A DNA stretch of 64,000 nt from Candidatus Hadarchaeales archaeon (GCA_038872135.1 JAVZGN010000001.1:147-64146); one strand, 5' to 3'; positions 19,012 through 29,163 are shown, numbered from the stretch's first letter. A program made the numbers and translations. The notes: a model not told the origin generated them from the sequence alone.

Positions 19012-19035
19012 TCCTCACAAAACTTTGGCGGGAAA
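19012..19035 (+). repeat. Direct repeat copy 2 (promoter/leader)
   Basis: Identical 24-mer to 18528-18551. Confidence 0.85.
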
Positions 19036-19038
19036 GAA

Positions 19039-19149
19039 ATGATGGAAAATCCCACTGTTTGTAAGGGATGCGGCCTCTTCTACATCTACCCGGCCCATCT
19101 AGACGTGAAAAACAATCCCTGCCCTAGGTGCGGCCATCTCAACGCCTGA
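19039..19149 (+). CDS. 36-aa CxxCG/CPxCG zinc-ribbon microprotein
   Basis: MMENPTVCKGCGLFYIYPAHLDVKNNPCPRCGHLNA*, downstream of a TATA box; below the ORF-track cutoff. Confidence 0.6.
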   Translation: MMENPTVCKGCGLFYIYPAHLDVKNNPCPRCGHLNA

Positions 19150-19153
19150 GAGA

Positions 19154-19801
19154 TCATTTCATCCCGAGGATAACGTGAAGCTGCGGCACGACTCTGAAAG
19201 TTAGTCCCCTTTTCAGGCAGTAATCTGCCAGCGTTTTCGCCCGGCCGATGTAGTCCCCCCCACTGATGTTGGCTGGTTGCAGGAAAACTCGGGAAGGGGA
19301 CACCATTCTTCTAGCGATGAATCTTTCAACTTCAGGGACATCCTCCTCAGGCCGAACGACAACAAACTTGAAATACCATTCCTTCGCATGTTTCACCCAC
19401 TCGAAATCGCCGTAGTCTACAACCTGCTCAGAGTTCTTCAGCTTCGGGGAGATGCTCCAGACATCTATGGCATCTACAAGCTCTCGGGAAGGAGCAACAG
19501 TGCCGTTTGTTTCGATGAGTAGCTTCTCTGGTCTGAGTTCTCGGCATAGCTCTAAAATTTCTTTGGAATCTTGTAGCAGAGGTTCACCTCCAGTGAGAAC
19601 AACAAGCTCAGCCGGAAGCAGTTTCTCGATTTCATGAATCAACTCTTTGACTTCCACCAGGCGCCCACATCCCCACGAATATTTGGTGTCACAAAAGGAG
19701 CATCTGAGGTTGCAGCGGGAGAACCTCACAAAGACTGCAGTAGCTCCAACATAGGCTCCCTCACCCATAATGCTCTTGAAGACTTCGGTTACCTCAAGCA
19801 T
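19154..19801 (-). CDS. queE: 7-carboxy-7-deazaguanine synthase (radical SAM)
   Basis: EVFKSIMGEG, FVRF..CNLRCSFCDT, LTGGEP, IETNG, SPKL, PQLH. Confidence 0.88.
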   Translation of the reverse strand: MLEVTEVFKSIMGEGAYVGATAVFVRFSRCNLRCSFCDTKYSWGCGRLVEVKELIHEIEKLLPAELVVLTGGEPLLQDSKEILELCRELRPEKLLIETNGTVAPSRELVDAIDVWSISPKLKNSEQVVDYGDFEWVKHAKEWYFKFVVVRPEEDVPEVERFIARRMVSPSRVFLQPANISGGDYIGRAKTLADYCLKRGLTFRVVPQLHVILGMK

Positions 19802-19892
19802 CTCTTTCCTTTTCTTCTTCAAAACATAAGAGCTTCACCATCGAAAGCACCGATGGGATTTTAAGCCAAAGGGAAAAGCAACTCTTGGTTGA

Positions 19893-20822
19893 ATGGGGAC
19901 GGGCACAGGCTACGGAAAGGTTATCCTCTTCAACGAACACTTTGTCGGCTATGGGATTCCATCAATAGTGTCCGCGTTTGATAGGAAAACCACCTGCACA
20001 GTAGAAAGGGTGGCGGGGTCGGGGTGGACACTTCAGGATGAAAGACCAGAAACCCCCGGCTACAAGGCTGAGAAGCTCCATCAGCAGAGAGAATCCATTG
20101 ACCGCATACTTTCGGCGATGGGGATAGACCTCTCAACAACCGGCCTCAAGATAATTTTCGGCGGTGATCTGGTGGCGGCTAGCGGGGTCGGTGCCAGCGC
20201 AGCATCGTGTGTGGCTCTAGCCCGAGCTCTTTCTAATGAATTCGGTCTCAATCTAAACGACGACAGAATAAACGAAATCGCCTATGAGGGGGAAAAAGCA
20301 TATCACGGTGCACCCTCTGGTGTTGACAACACCGCCGCAACCTATGGTGGGCTTCTGTGGTTTGTGAAGGGAAAGCCAATCGAGAGAATTTCCATCAAGC
20401 GGCCCGTTGAAGTTGTGATAGGAAACACAGGGATAGTGGCAGATACATCGAAGGTCGTAGCGGGAGTGAGGGAAAGAAAGGAGAAATTCCCGGAAAAGTA
20501 TGCGAGAATCTTCAGAGAGGCAGAAGAGGTGGTGTATGAGGCTAGAAGTGCTCTTGAGAATTTTGATCTGAAGAGGGTCGGGGAATTGATGAACAAAAAT
20601 CATGAGTTGCTTCAAGCCATTGAGGTTTCTTGCAAGGAGCTCGATTTTCTAGTGGAGCTTTCTAGAAGAGAAGGGGCTTTTGGGGCAAAGTTAACTGGCG
20701 GAGGATGTGGAGGAAACATGGTGGCGCTTACTCCAGGGAAGGAGCTTCAGGAGAAAGTGGCGAGGGCAATTGAAAGAGAGGGCTTCGAAACACTTAGAAC
20801 GATGATAGGGGTGAGATCTTGA
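19893..20822 (+). CDS. mvk: Mevalonate kinase
   Basis: GKVILFNEHFVGYG, GVGASAA, HG.PSGVDN, GAKLTGGGCGG. Confidence 0.9.
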   Translation: MGTGTGYGKVILFNEHFVGYGIPSIVSAFDRKTTCTVERVAGSGWTLQDERPETPGYKAEKLHQQRESIDRILSAMGIDLSTTGLKIIFGGDLVAASGVGASAASCVALARALSNEFGLNLNDDRINEIAYEGEKAYHGAPSGVDNTAATYGGLLWFVKGKPIERISIKRPVEVVIGNTGIVADTSKVVAGVRERKEKFPEKYARIFREAEEVVYEARSALENFDLKRVGELMNKNHELLQAIEVSCKELDFLVELSRREGAFGAKLTGGGCGGNMVALTPGKELQEKVARAIEREGFETLRTMIGVRS

Positions 20823-22090
20823 ATTTTCGAGAGTTCTTGAAATTTCTGGATGAAAAAGGGCTTTTGATAAAAATAAGGCGCCCCGTAGATGTGAATCTAG
20901 AAGCATCCACAATAATAAGAATGCTTAATGACAGGCCCCTCCTGTTTGAAAATGTCAAGGGCCATTCGATGCCGGTGGCAGCAAACATCTGCTCGACAAG
21001 AGAAACTGTGGCGCTAGGGCTTGGGATAAAACCGAATGAAATCATCTTAAAACTTGCCAGCGCCATAGACCACCCAAAGGAGCCAGATGTTGTTGAAGCC
21101 ACCGATTACCGTGAAATTCCCCCGGACCTCTCAAAGCTCCCTATTCTCTTCCATTACCCGTTTGATGGTGGCCCTTACATCTCCTCAGGAGTTGTCATCG
21201 CCAGAGACCTAGAACTTGGAACAAACGCTTCTTTCCACAGGATGATGGTCATCGGGAAAGACAGAGTCGTCGTAAGAATTCTGCCTAGGGATTTCGATGC
21301 TTTTCTCAAGCGGGGAAACAAAGAATTTGCCGTCTGCATCGGAAATCCCGTTCAGGTCCTTGTGGCCGCCGCTGTTTCCGTTGAGCTGGGGAAAAGCGAA
21401 TTGAGCATTGCAAATTCTCTAGCAAAAACAGAGCTGGTAAGACTAGACGGCCACGAAGTTCCCCAGGCAGAAATAGTGATGATAGCAGAGATTACCGGTG
21501 AGGAGCATGATGAGGGGCCTTTTCTGGATCTTACGGAGACCCCGGACATCGTGAGGAAGCAGAGGGTCGCAAGAATAAAGAAGATCTACACAAAGGAGAA
21601 CCCAATTTACCACGCCCTTCTTCCGGGCGGTCTCGAGCACAAGATTTTAATGGGGATGCCAAGGGAGCCTACCATCTTCAGGGAGGTCAGCAAAGTCTGT
21701 GAGTGCATGGATGTCCTGATAACTCCTGGCGGCTGCTCATGGCTCCATGCTGTGGTAAAAATAAAGAAGAAGGCCCCCGACGATGGGAGAAAAGCAATAG
21801 AGGCTGCATTCAGAGGCCATAAATCTCTCAAGCATGTGTGGGTTGTCGATGAAGACATAAACATCCATGACCCGCGGGAAGTCGAGTGGGCGATGGCGAC
21901 GAGATTTCAAGGGGATCGAGATATAATAATGAAAAGAGAGCCGGGATCATCTCTTGATCCATCGTCCGACTTGGAGACAAGGATGACAACAAAGCTGGGT
22001 TTTGATTTGACCATCCCTTGGGACAGGGATCCAAAAGATTTCATCAAGCCCGGTCCACCTTTGAAACTTGACATTAACGACTATCTCTGA
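20819..22090 (+). CDS. UbiD family decarboxylase, probable anhydromevalonate phosphate decarboxylase
   Basis: DGGPYI, HR, EGPF, PGG..WLH, VDEDI.I.DP..VEWA.ATR, GSSLDP; overlaps mvk. Confidence 0.85.
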   Translation: MNFREFLKFLDEKGLLIKIRRPVDVNLEASTIIRMLNDRPLLFENVKGHSMPVAANICSTRETVALGLGIKPNEIILKLASAIDHPKEPDVVEATDYREIPPDLSKLPILFHYPFDGGPYISSGVVIARDLELGTNASFHRMMVIGKDRVVVRILPRDFDAFLKRGNKEFAVCIGNPVQVLVAAAVSVELGKSELSIANSLAKTELVRLDGHEVPQAEIVMIAEITGEEHDEGPFLDLTETPDIVRKQRVARIKKIYTKENPIYHALLPGGLEHKILMGMPREPTIFREVSKVCECMDVLITPGGCSWLHAVVKIKKKAPDDGRKAIEAAFRGHKSLKHVWVVDEDINIHDPREVEWAMATRFQGDRDIIMKREPGSSLDPSSDLETRMTTKLGFDLTIPWDRDPKDFIKPGPPLKLDINDYL

Positions 22091-22159
22091 AACTGCCGAT
22101 TATGCCATCCTTTCGGCCTAAGCTGTGGAGGTGGCATCTAAGCCCGTTATATATCCAAA

Positions 22160-24175
22160 ATGGAGAGTAATATCGGGATACTTCTGCAGCCAGAAAAGAA
22201 TATGGTTAAGGGGCAGCCGGCGGGGGGCGAAAAAGCGCAAGAGCCCGGACCCCTGGAGGAGGATCTCCTTCTGGCCGAGCTGGACAAAAAGCTTGAGGAG
22301 AAGGAGGCGCAGGTGGAAGAGCAAGCATCCTCCACGCCGGAACCCATTCAAGAGAGTGCAATCCCAGAAGCTCCAGCAGGCACCACCGGTGAATCAGAGG
22401 CAGAGGATAAAACTTTGGGAGCCCCAGATGCCGAGGAGGACGCATTTCTAAATGAGCTCTTGGGAGTTATTGAGGAGAAAGAAACTTCGACAGGATCAAC
22501 CGCGGTACCAACCACCCCGGTGGAAGTGCAGGCCGAGGCGGTGGGAGAAGAAGTCGTAGAGGAGGTACCGGTGGATGCCGGGGAAGCGATAAGATCGATC
22601 GTGGCAGCGGAAGATGAGATAGTGAAAGAGCTTGGAGAAAAATATTCCGCTCTAGAGCAGGTGAGGGCCCCCCAGGAGTTCCTTGAGTTTTGCACTTTCG
22701 AGATTCCTCCCGGCTATAGAGAGCTGGAGAGGTACTGGATCACAAGACCGTATGTCTGGGCCGCGATCCTCTACTCCCCGGAAAGGAATGAAAGGCTCTA
22801 CTACTTGGTAGAGCCAAGTCTGACCCCTGGGGAAAAGATGGCTCTTGAGCGACTGCATGAACATCTGATAGACAGGCTCGTCTACACAGGAAAGGTTAAG
22901 GACAGAGACAGGGCCATCGCCATCAAAGTTGGGGAGCTGCTTAAGGAATATGGTATAACTCTCACATCAAAATCACTGAAAAAAATTCTTTACTACCTGA
23001 AGAGGAACTACATAGGATATGGTAAAATAGATGGCCTTCTTAGAGATCCAAACATTGAGGATATTTCGTGCGACGGTCTGAATGTTCCGATATTCATTTA
23101 CAGCAGGAGATATCAAAGTTTAAGAACAAACATCATTTTTACAGATTCAACTGAACTTGACCTTTTCGTCATAAGGCTTGTAGAAAAGGCGGGAAAGCAG
23201 ATAACCTTTGGGAAGCCAACAGTTGATGCCGCTCTCCCAGAGGGCTATAGGCTGCAGGCAACTCTTGGGACGGAGGTAACAACGAGAGGCAGCTCATTTT
23301 CTATCAGAAAATATTCTGAGGAACCATTTACTCCGATAGACCTTCTCGCCTACGGCACCTTCTCTGCAGAGATGCTCGCTTACCTCTGGCTTGCAACTGA
23401 AAACAAGAAAAACATCTTTGTGGTTGGGGGAACAGCCAGCGGGAAGACATCAACCCTGAATGCCCTCTCGATGTTTATCTGGCCCGATGCCAAAATCGTT
23501 AGCATAGAGGACACAAGAGAGCTCGCCCTTTATCAGGAGAACTGGATTCCGAGCATCACCCGCCCGGCACCTGGAGAAAAGGCAATAGAAATGTTCGACC
23601 TCCTCAGGCAGGCCCTCCGACAAAGACCCGAAGTCATCATAGTGGGAGAGGTCAGGGGAAAGGAAGCTCTGACGATGTTCCAGGCAATGTCCACAGGCCA
23701 CACCTGTTATTCGACCATGCACGCAGGTTCCATCCAGGAAATGGTCCACAGGCTTGAGGGAGAGCCGATAAATGTTCCCCATCACATGCTTGCGGCCCTA
23801 GATATCGTCTGTCTCCAACTCCTGACCTACTATCGGGACCAAAGGGTCAGGAGAAACCAGAGCATAGTCGAAATAGTGGGAATAGACCCAAGCACCGGGG
23901 CCCTCCGAACAAACAGAATTTTCGAAAGAAACCCCCTCACAGACGAGTTCGAGAGGGTTGGAGAATCCCAGGTTCTCAGGGAGATAGCGAGGGAGAGAGG
24001 CTGGAGTGCATTGGAGCTGGAGCGGGAACTCAAGCGAAGGCAGCAGGTTCTGGAGTTTCTCTACAAAAATAATATCAGGCGACTGCATGAGGTAGCTATC
24101 ATATTCAGGCAGTACTATTTTGAGCCAGAGAAGGTCATGGAGCAGATTATTTCGGGAAAGCTCAGTGTTGAGTAA
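22160..24175 (+). CDS. Type II/IV secretion or pilus assembly ATPase (FlaI/PilB family) with acidic N-terminal extension
   Basis: EDISCDG, GGTASGKT, IEDTRE, ALRQRP..IIVGEVRG, TGH..STMHA. Confidence 0.92.
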   Translation: MESNIGILLQPEKNMVKGQPAGGEKAQEPGPLEEDLLLAELDKKLEEKEAQVEEQASSTPEPIQESAIPEAPAGTTGESEAEDKTLGAPDAEEDAFLNELLGVIEEKETSTGSTAVPTTPVEVQAEAVGEEVVEEVPVDAGEAIRSIVAAEDEIVKELGEKYSALEQVRAPQEFLEFCTFEIPPGYRELERYWITRPYVWAAILYSPERNERLYYLVEPSLTPGEKMALERLHEHLIDRLVYTGKVKDRDRAIAIKVGELLKEYGITLTSKSLKKILYYLKRNYIGYGKIDGLLRDPNIEDISCDGLNVPIFIYSRRYQSLRTNIIFTDSTELDLFVIRLVEKAGKQITFGKPTVDAALPEGYRLQATLGTEVTTRGSSFSIRKYSEEPFTPIDLLAYGTFSAEMLAYLWLATENKKNIFVVGGTASGKTSTLNALSMFIWPDAKIVSIEDTRELALYQENWIPSITRPAPGEKAIEMFDLLRQALRQRPEVIIVGEVRGKEALTMFQAMSTGHTCYSTMHAGSIQEMVHRLEGEPINVPHHMLAALDIVCLQLLTYYRDQRVRRNQSIVEIVGIDPSTGALRTNRIFERNPLTDEFERVGESQVLREIARERGWSALELERELKRRQQVLEFLYKNNIRRLHEVAIIFRQYYFEPEKVMEQIISGKLSVE

Positions 24176-24178
24176 TGG

Positions 24179-24739
24179 CTATAACAGCACGACTCTGTCC
24201 CCCACAGCGAATGTTTTGTTAGAGATGTGCAAAAGCGGCTTCACTCTTTTGGCGTTTAGCATTCCATCTTCCACCGCATTTTCATCAGCATGAGCAACCA
24301 GAACCCTCCCTGCAATCACCACATACTCTGGTCCTTTATACATCCACTCAAGCTTACACTCAAAGTTCACCGGGCATTCCACAACTCTCGGCGGCTTCAC
24401 CTTCTCCGATGGCTCCCATGCCAACTTTGCCTTTTCTAGCTCATTCACCCCCCGGGGAAAGCTCTTCCCGCAGATGTACATTTTTTCCTTTATTGATTCC
24501 GGGACGAGGTTTACAACAAACTCTTCAGTTTCGCAGATGTTGTGGTAGGTGTCGCTCTCATAGCTGGTGGAAAAGGCGATGATCGGGGGCTCCGATTCTA
24601 CCGGTGTTACCCAAGACATTGGCGCCGCATTTATTCTCCCCTGCTTGTCGACCGTCGTTATCAGAACCACCGGCCTAGGCCCCAAGAGCTTGTAGGCGTT
24701 TTTCAATTCAACCCGCATTCTTTCAAAATTTTTACCCAT
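24179..24739 (-). CDS. Flavin reductase-like protein
   Basis: PRPVVLITT, NAAPMSW, EFVVN, ECPVNFEC. Confidence 0.9.
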   Translation of the reverse strand: MGKNFERMRVELKNAYKLLGPRPVVLITTVDKQGRINAAPMSWVTPVESEPPIIAFSTSYESDTYHNICETEEFVVNLVPESIKEKMYICGKSFPRGVNELEKAKLAWEPSEKVKPPRVVECPVNFECKLEWMYKGPEYVVIAGRVLVAHADENAVEDGMLNAKRVKPLLHISNKTFAVGDRVVLL

Positions 24740-24777
24740 CCACTAAAGTTAAACCTTTCTGTTGGCAGGATAAAGAT

Positions 24778-25974
24778 GTGAATGACCTCGAGATATTCCT
24801 GGTGGCCGTTGCGGCGATCTGGGCGCTTGTTCTCATAACCTACAAAAAATTTGATCTCAAGAAAAGGGGTTTTTCAATCTATCCGTACATGGCCACATTG
24901 ATGTGGAGAACGGAGAGGGGCCTCCACACGATGGACAGAATAGCAAAGAGGTGGAGAAGCAGATGGCTCTTCTTCGGCAATCTGGCAATATTTCTGGGAG
25001 TGTTTTTCATGCTTTTTGTCACAATAAACCTTCTTCTGAATGCAATTATCAACCTCACCACGCCAAGAGCAATGCCCGGTGTGGCGTTTGTCGTCCCTGG
25101 CCTCATCCCAGGGCTGACTGTTATCATATGGCTGATAGTTATCGGGGTTGTGCTCGGCTTCCACGAGTTCTTCCATGGGTTTTTGCTCAGAGCTCAGAAT
25201 CTGAGGACAAAGTCGATAGGGCTGATGCTCTTTCTTTTCATTCCTGGAGCATTTGTTGAACCGGACGAGAAAAGGCTGATGAAAGCTAAACCTAAGGCCA
25301 GGGCCAGAATGTTTGCTGCCGGCCCGATCAGCAATGTTGTGACATCATTTCTTTTTCTCTGTATAATCCTGGCGCTTGTAGCTCCAAAGCCAGGGGTTTA
25401 CGTTTATGGTGTGGCAAAAGGTTATCCGGCCGAAAACATTCCAGTTGGTGCCAGAATCGTCATGCTTGACAACTTTTATGTGGAGACCATCGAGAACTAT
25501 GATAACTTTTTCTATGGAAAAAAGCCTGGGGAGAATGTGAGGGTCGAGACAGATACTGACAACTTTCATCTTACGCTGAAGCAGTATCCAGGCAATGAGA
25601 ATATTGGAACGATCGGAGCAGTAGTGATGCGTGCTGTTCCTCCCTATCAGTTTCTCAACCCTCTTTTCATGCTGAGTTCGACCGCAGCAGTTATACTGGG
25701 GGCTCCAGTTTTCCACCCCATTGTTTACTCCTCGGTCGTCCCATTTGTGGTGATTGATGTTTTGAAGTGGATTTTTGTTCTGAGTCTTGGTGTCGGGCTT
25801 TTCAACCTTCTGCCAGCGAAGCCCTTAGATGGGGGCTATGTGCTTGAAGCACTTTTGGAGCTGAAGATATCAAGGGAGAAAGCGAGAAAGGTTGTTAAAG
25901 CCACATCCTACCTAGTGCTGATCCTGATAATAATAAATATTGCCACGCCATATCTCCGGGCGGTGCTTTCATGA
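24778..25974 (+). CDS. Site-2 (M50) intramembrane metalloprotease with PDZ-like domain
   Basis: HEFFH, GAFVEP, AGP..N, NLLP..PLDGG. Confidence 0.92.
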   Translation: MNDLEIFLVAVAAIWALVLITYKKFDLKKRGFSIYPYMATLMWRTERGLHTMDRIAKRWRSRWLFFGNLAIFLGVFFMLFVTINLLLNAIINLTTPRAMPGVAFVVPGLIPGLTVIIWLIVIGVVLGFHEFFHGFLLRAQNLRTKSIGLMLFLFIPGAFVEPDEKRLMKAKPKARARMFAAGPISNVVTSFLFLCIILALVAPKPGVYVYGVAKGYPAENIPVGARIVMLDNFYVETIENYDNFFYGKKPGENVRVETDTDNFHLTLKQYPGNENIGTIGAVVMRAVPPYQFLNPLFMLSSTAAVILGAPVFHPIVYSSVVPFVVIDVLKWIFVLSLGVGLFNLLPAKPLDGGYVLEALLELKISREKARKVVKATSYLVLILIIINIATPYLRAVLS

Positions 25975-26174
25975 AAATATGTGTGCGCTTTTTTGGAGGA
26001 GAGGAAAAAATCGTGGAGCTCCCAGATGGCGCGAAAATCTTGGATCTGCTGAAGGAACTTGGAATAAACAGGGAAACGATATTGGTAAAGATGGATGGAA
26101 AAATTGTTCCGGAGGAAGAGGAGCTAAGGAACGGGGCGGAGGTAACAATATTTCATGTGGTGACGGGCGGTTGA
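25971..26174 (+). CDS. ThiS/MoaD/SAMP ubiquitin-like sulfur carrier
   Basis: 67 aa, C-terminal VTGG. Confidence 0.9.
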   Translation: MKICVRFFGGEEKIVELPDGAKILDLLKELGINRETILVKMDGKIVPEEEELRNGAEVTIFHVVTGG

Positions 26175-27104
26175 ATGCTCAGATGTAGCCTTTGTGGTAG
26201 AAGGGCAGTTTATCACCAGAGATACTCCGGCATATACCTCTGCGACAGGTGTTTTGTGAAGGGGTTTGAGCGCAGGTTCAGAAGAGCTGTAGCAAAAGAG
26301 CATCTTGTTGTTCCGGGGGAAAAGATTGCAGTTGCTGTTTCTGGTGGGAAGGACAGCGTTACCTGCATGCACCTCCTAGCAGAGTACTGCAAGAGAAAAA
26401 ACTGCGAGGTGGTTGCAATAACGGTTGACGAGGGAATAGAGGGGTATAGGGAAAAGTCGCTGGAGGTAGCAAGGAAAAATGCTGAGCTCCTGGGGATCGA
26501 ACACCACGTTATAAGCTTTCAGAAAGAGTTTGGGATAACCCTGGATGAGATGATAAAAAGGGCTGTAGAGAAAAAAACTGGGCTAGGGCCATGCACCTAC
26601 TGCGGAATTCTTCGGCGCTCTCTTCTAAACAAAGCCGCCAAGAGAGTCGGGGCAAACAAGGTTGCTACCGCACATAATTTAGATGATGAAGCTCAGGCGA
26701 TAATGCTCAACTACATCAGGGGGGACCTTGCTAGGCTTTACCGCCTTGGTCCAGCTTACGCACCGCTTGAGGGATTTGTTCCCAGGATAAAACCTCTCCG
26801 GGAAATTCCAGAGAAAGAAATAGCTCTTTACGCGTTTCTGAAAGGAATAGAGGTAGATTTAAGCACATGCCCATATCGGGGAGAAATCCATTCAGAGGTC
26901 CGCGATTTTTTAAATAGGCTGGAGGAAAACCACCCAAACTCAAAATTCATGGTTGTGAGGATGTTTGATAAAATGAAACCGCATCTTGAAAAAATCGTGC
27001 CAGAGTTCATCCCAAAAAGATGTACTGTGTGTGGAGAACCGACATCAGTTGAAAAATGCAAATCGTGTGAGCTTCTAACAGAACTGGATTTGTGTAAAGA
27101 TTGA
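26175..27104 (+). CDS. tRNA 2-thiolation enzyme (TtuA/NcsA/Ncs6 family)
   Basis: N- and C-terminal Zn fingers, SGGKDS, CTYCG, HNLDDE, CPY. Confidence 0.9.
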   Translation: MLRCSLCGRRAVYHQRYSGIYLCDRCFVKGFERRFRRAVAKEHLVVPGEKIAVAVSGGKDSVTCMHLLAEYCKRKNCEVVAITVDEGIEGYREKSLEVARKNAELLGIEHHVISFQKEFGITLDEMIKRAVEKKTGLGPCTYCGILRRSLLNKAAKRVGANKVATAHNLDDEAQAIMLNYIRGDLARLYRLGPAYAPLEGFVPRIKPLREIPEKEIALYAFLKGIEVDLSTCPYRGEIHSEVRDFLNRLEENHPNSKFMVVRMFDKMKPHLEKIVPEFIPKRCTVCGEPTSVEKCKSCELLTELDLCKD

Positions 27105-27271
27105 ATGGTGTCGTGCAACACTCACCTTTGGATGGCTCTTGAAGATTGAATGGCTTCCACCAATGTTAAAAATCAAGTTCAGGTGAAATGGTCAGGGTTA
27201 TTATAATATAGATGGGAATCGTTAATGATTTTTGATGTTATCGCAAATTACACAGATACTCTTTAAAATAC

Positions 27272-27464
27272 ATGGTTATCTCTCAAGCGTCAGGATTAAA
27301 GTTCCTCCCATTACCAATACCCGCAAAAATAAACTATTTTGACATCCCGAGAAAAATATGAAATAGAAGTCAAAAAGAGATTGGAGTCCTACATCAAGCC
27401 GGGGTCAATATTTTTAGATATCGGCGCTTACAGTACTCCCGCAAGTATTTTTCCCCTCAAATAG
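27272..27464 (+). pseudogene. Remnant of a FkbM-like SAM methyltransferase
   Basis: KYEIEVKKRLESYIKPGSIFLDIGAY motif-I fragment, with an in-frame stop just upstream and an early stop after; AT-rich. Confidence 0.5.
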
Positions 27465-27870
27465 AGAATAGAATGGCTTAGGATGAGAGGGAGAGGTGGC
27501 CGCGCCAAACAAGGTAGGTGTGGCATCCTTTGAACTGTCTGCAGATGCTTTTCATAGTCAGAAAGAGCATTTCGGTTTTTGATGCTCACAGAAGATCAGC
27601 GATGGGTCCTCTTCGAGGCCACGTCTGGATGCATACGCAGGACTACTGGTCGAGATGGTGCGCCAGACAGTAACCAACCACAGCTTTCTCCCTTTTGGAT
27701 GCACCTACCACATCCTGACTTTGAGGGTAAGGAAGCCAACCGAAGGAGCTCATTCATCACCGCAACGCTTCTCATTTTTCATTTCCCGCCTTTCATTCAA
27801 CTAGGCAAGCTGGCCTCGTTATTCTAAGTTTGTAACATCACTCCGTGGAGGTGAATGTTTCTTCAGCACT

Positions 27871-28113
27871 TTATTTCCGAAAGCTTAGCCACTCTTTTAT
27901 CTCTTGGACTTCCGGCACCCTTCCACTCACCTTTAACTCACCGTCTATCACCACGGCGGGGCTATCAATAATGCCCCTCATAACCGCTTTTTTCTGGTCA
28001 TATACATGAATCACCTCTGCCTTGATGCCAAGCTCTTTGATCGCTTGTTTGCAGTTCTCTTCCGTTTTTTTGCATTTTGGGCACCCCACACCGAAAACCT
28101 CTATTTTTATCAT
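27871..28113 (-). CDS. Small thioredoxin-like redox protein (MTH895 type)
   Basis: G.GCPKC, SPAVVIDG...SGRVP. Confidence 0.9.
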   Translation of the reverse strand: MIKIEVFGVGCPKCKKTEENCKQAIKELGIKAEVIHVYDQKKAVMRGIIDSPAVVIDGELKVSGRVPEVQEIKEWLSFRK

Positions 28114-28134
28114 CTTATCACCTCCTCATATTTC

Positions 28135-29163
28135 TCACAATCCTCCAATAAAAATCATGTAAAGGGACCCTGCTACAAAGGCCCAGACTACCGCGAGCAA
28201 CGCGTATGTTAAAACAGTTTTTCGGCCTATTACCTTCGAGACACCGAGCATGGAGGGAATGGATGTCATCGGGCCACCGAGCATGAAGGCAAGAGCCGCA
28301 GCAGGAGCCATTCCAGCATTGATCAGCGTTTTTACTAAGAAGACTTCAACTAGGGTCGGCGTGTAGAATGGAACGCCAATGATAGCACCCAAGAAAACGC
28401 CCAAGACTCCGGTAAAGCAAGTCGCCACAACAGTAGTAGGCAAATATGCATCGATAAAACTCACAGCCGCAATACCCAAAAGAAGATATGGCAAGACCAT
28501 TCTCACCAGTGTGTACGCTTCTTTCAAGGAATTTGCAGACTTTTCCCAAAAATCCATCTTGACCATTCCTGCCGCTTTTGCTATTGATATCTTAGAGAAT
28601 TTTTCTCCGACGGCTTTTCCCCAAGGGGTCTTCGCGACGACGAACCCTATCAGGACAGCACCGAAAAAAGCAGAGACATAACGAGCCCCGGCCAACACTG
28701 GCGAGATAAGTTCCGAGGTGAACACGATACCGATGAAGTTCGCGGCGGGGGCCATCAACAGGAACGATATGGCGGGGCCTATGCCTGCGCCAGCCATCAT
28801 GATACCTGCAAATACAGGGATCATTGCGCAAGAGCATACTACCAAGACCGAAGCCAGCAGCGCTGCTAAAACATACGATCTCATGCTCATGCTCGAAAGG
28901 TACTTATTCATCTTTTCGCGGGAGACGAAACTTTCTATGACCCCTGCAAGTGTAAAAGCGAACAAAAAAGGACCCCACACCCTGGTGATGTAACTTGCTA
29001 TGTAGACGAACGGGATTAAAATCGGGTTGTAAGATTTTAGGTCCCCATAATTGTAAACTGGGAAAAGCGGGTGGCCGGTGACCCTAGAGTAGACAATTGT
29101 AAACAAACCGAAGAAAAGAAAGCCCCACGCCAGTATAGCTAGAACGGTTTTCTTGCGTGGCAT
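28135..29163 (-). CDS. DUF318/ArsP-like permease
   Basis: VCSCAMIP, FLLMAP, GAIIGVPFY, FMLGGP; two-fold internal symmetry. Confidence 0.85.
   Translation of the reverse strand: MPRKKTVLAILAWGFLFFGLFTIVYSRVTGHPLFPVYNYGDLKSYNPILIPFVYIASYITRVWGPFLFAFTLAGVIESFVSREKMNKYLSSMSMRSYVLAALLASVLVVCSCAMIPVFAGIMMAGAGIGPAISFLLMAPAANFIGIVFTSELISPVLAGARYVSAFFGAVLIGFVVAKTPWGKAVGEKFSKISIAKAAGMVKMDFWEKSANSLKEAYTLVRMVLPYLLLGIAAVSFIDAYLPTTVVATCFTGVLGVFLGAIIGVPFYTPTLVEVFLVKTLINAGMAPAAALAFMLGGPMTSIPSMLGVSKVIGRKTVLTYALLAVVWAFVAGSLYMIFIGGL

Noticed and set aside
27579..27827. 82-aa ORF and a 59-aa antisense ORF
   Set aside because: No recognisable motifs; probably decayed or non-coding sequence
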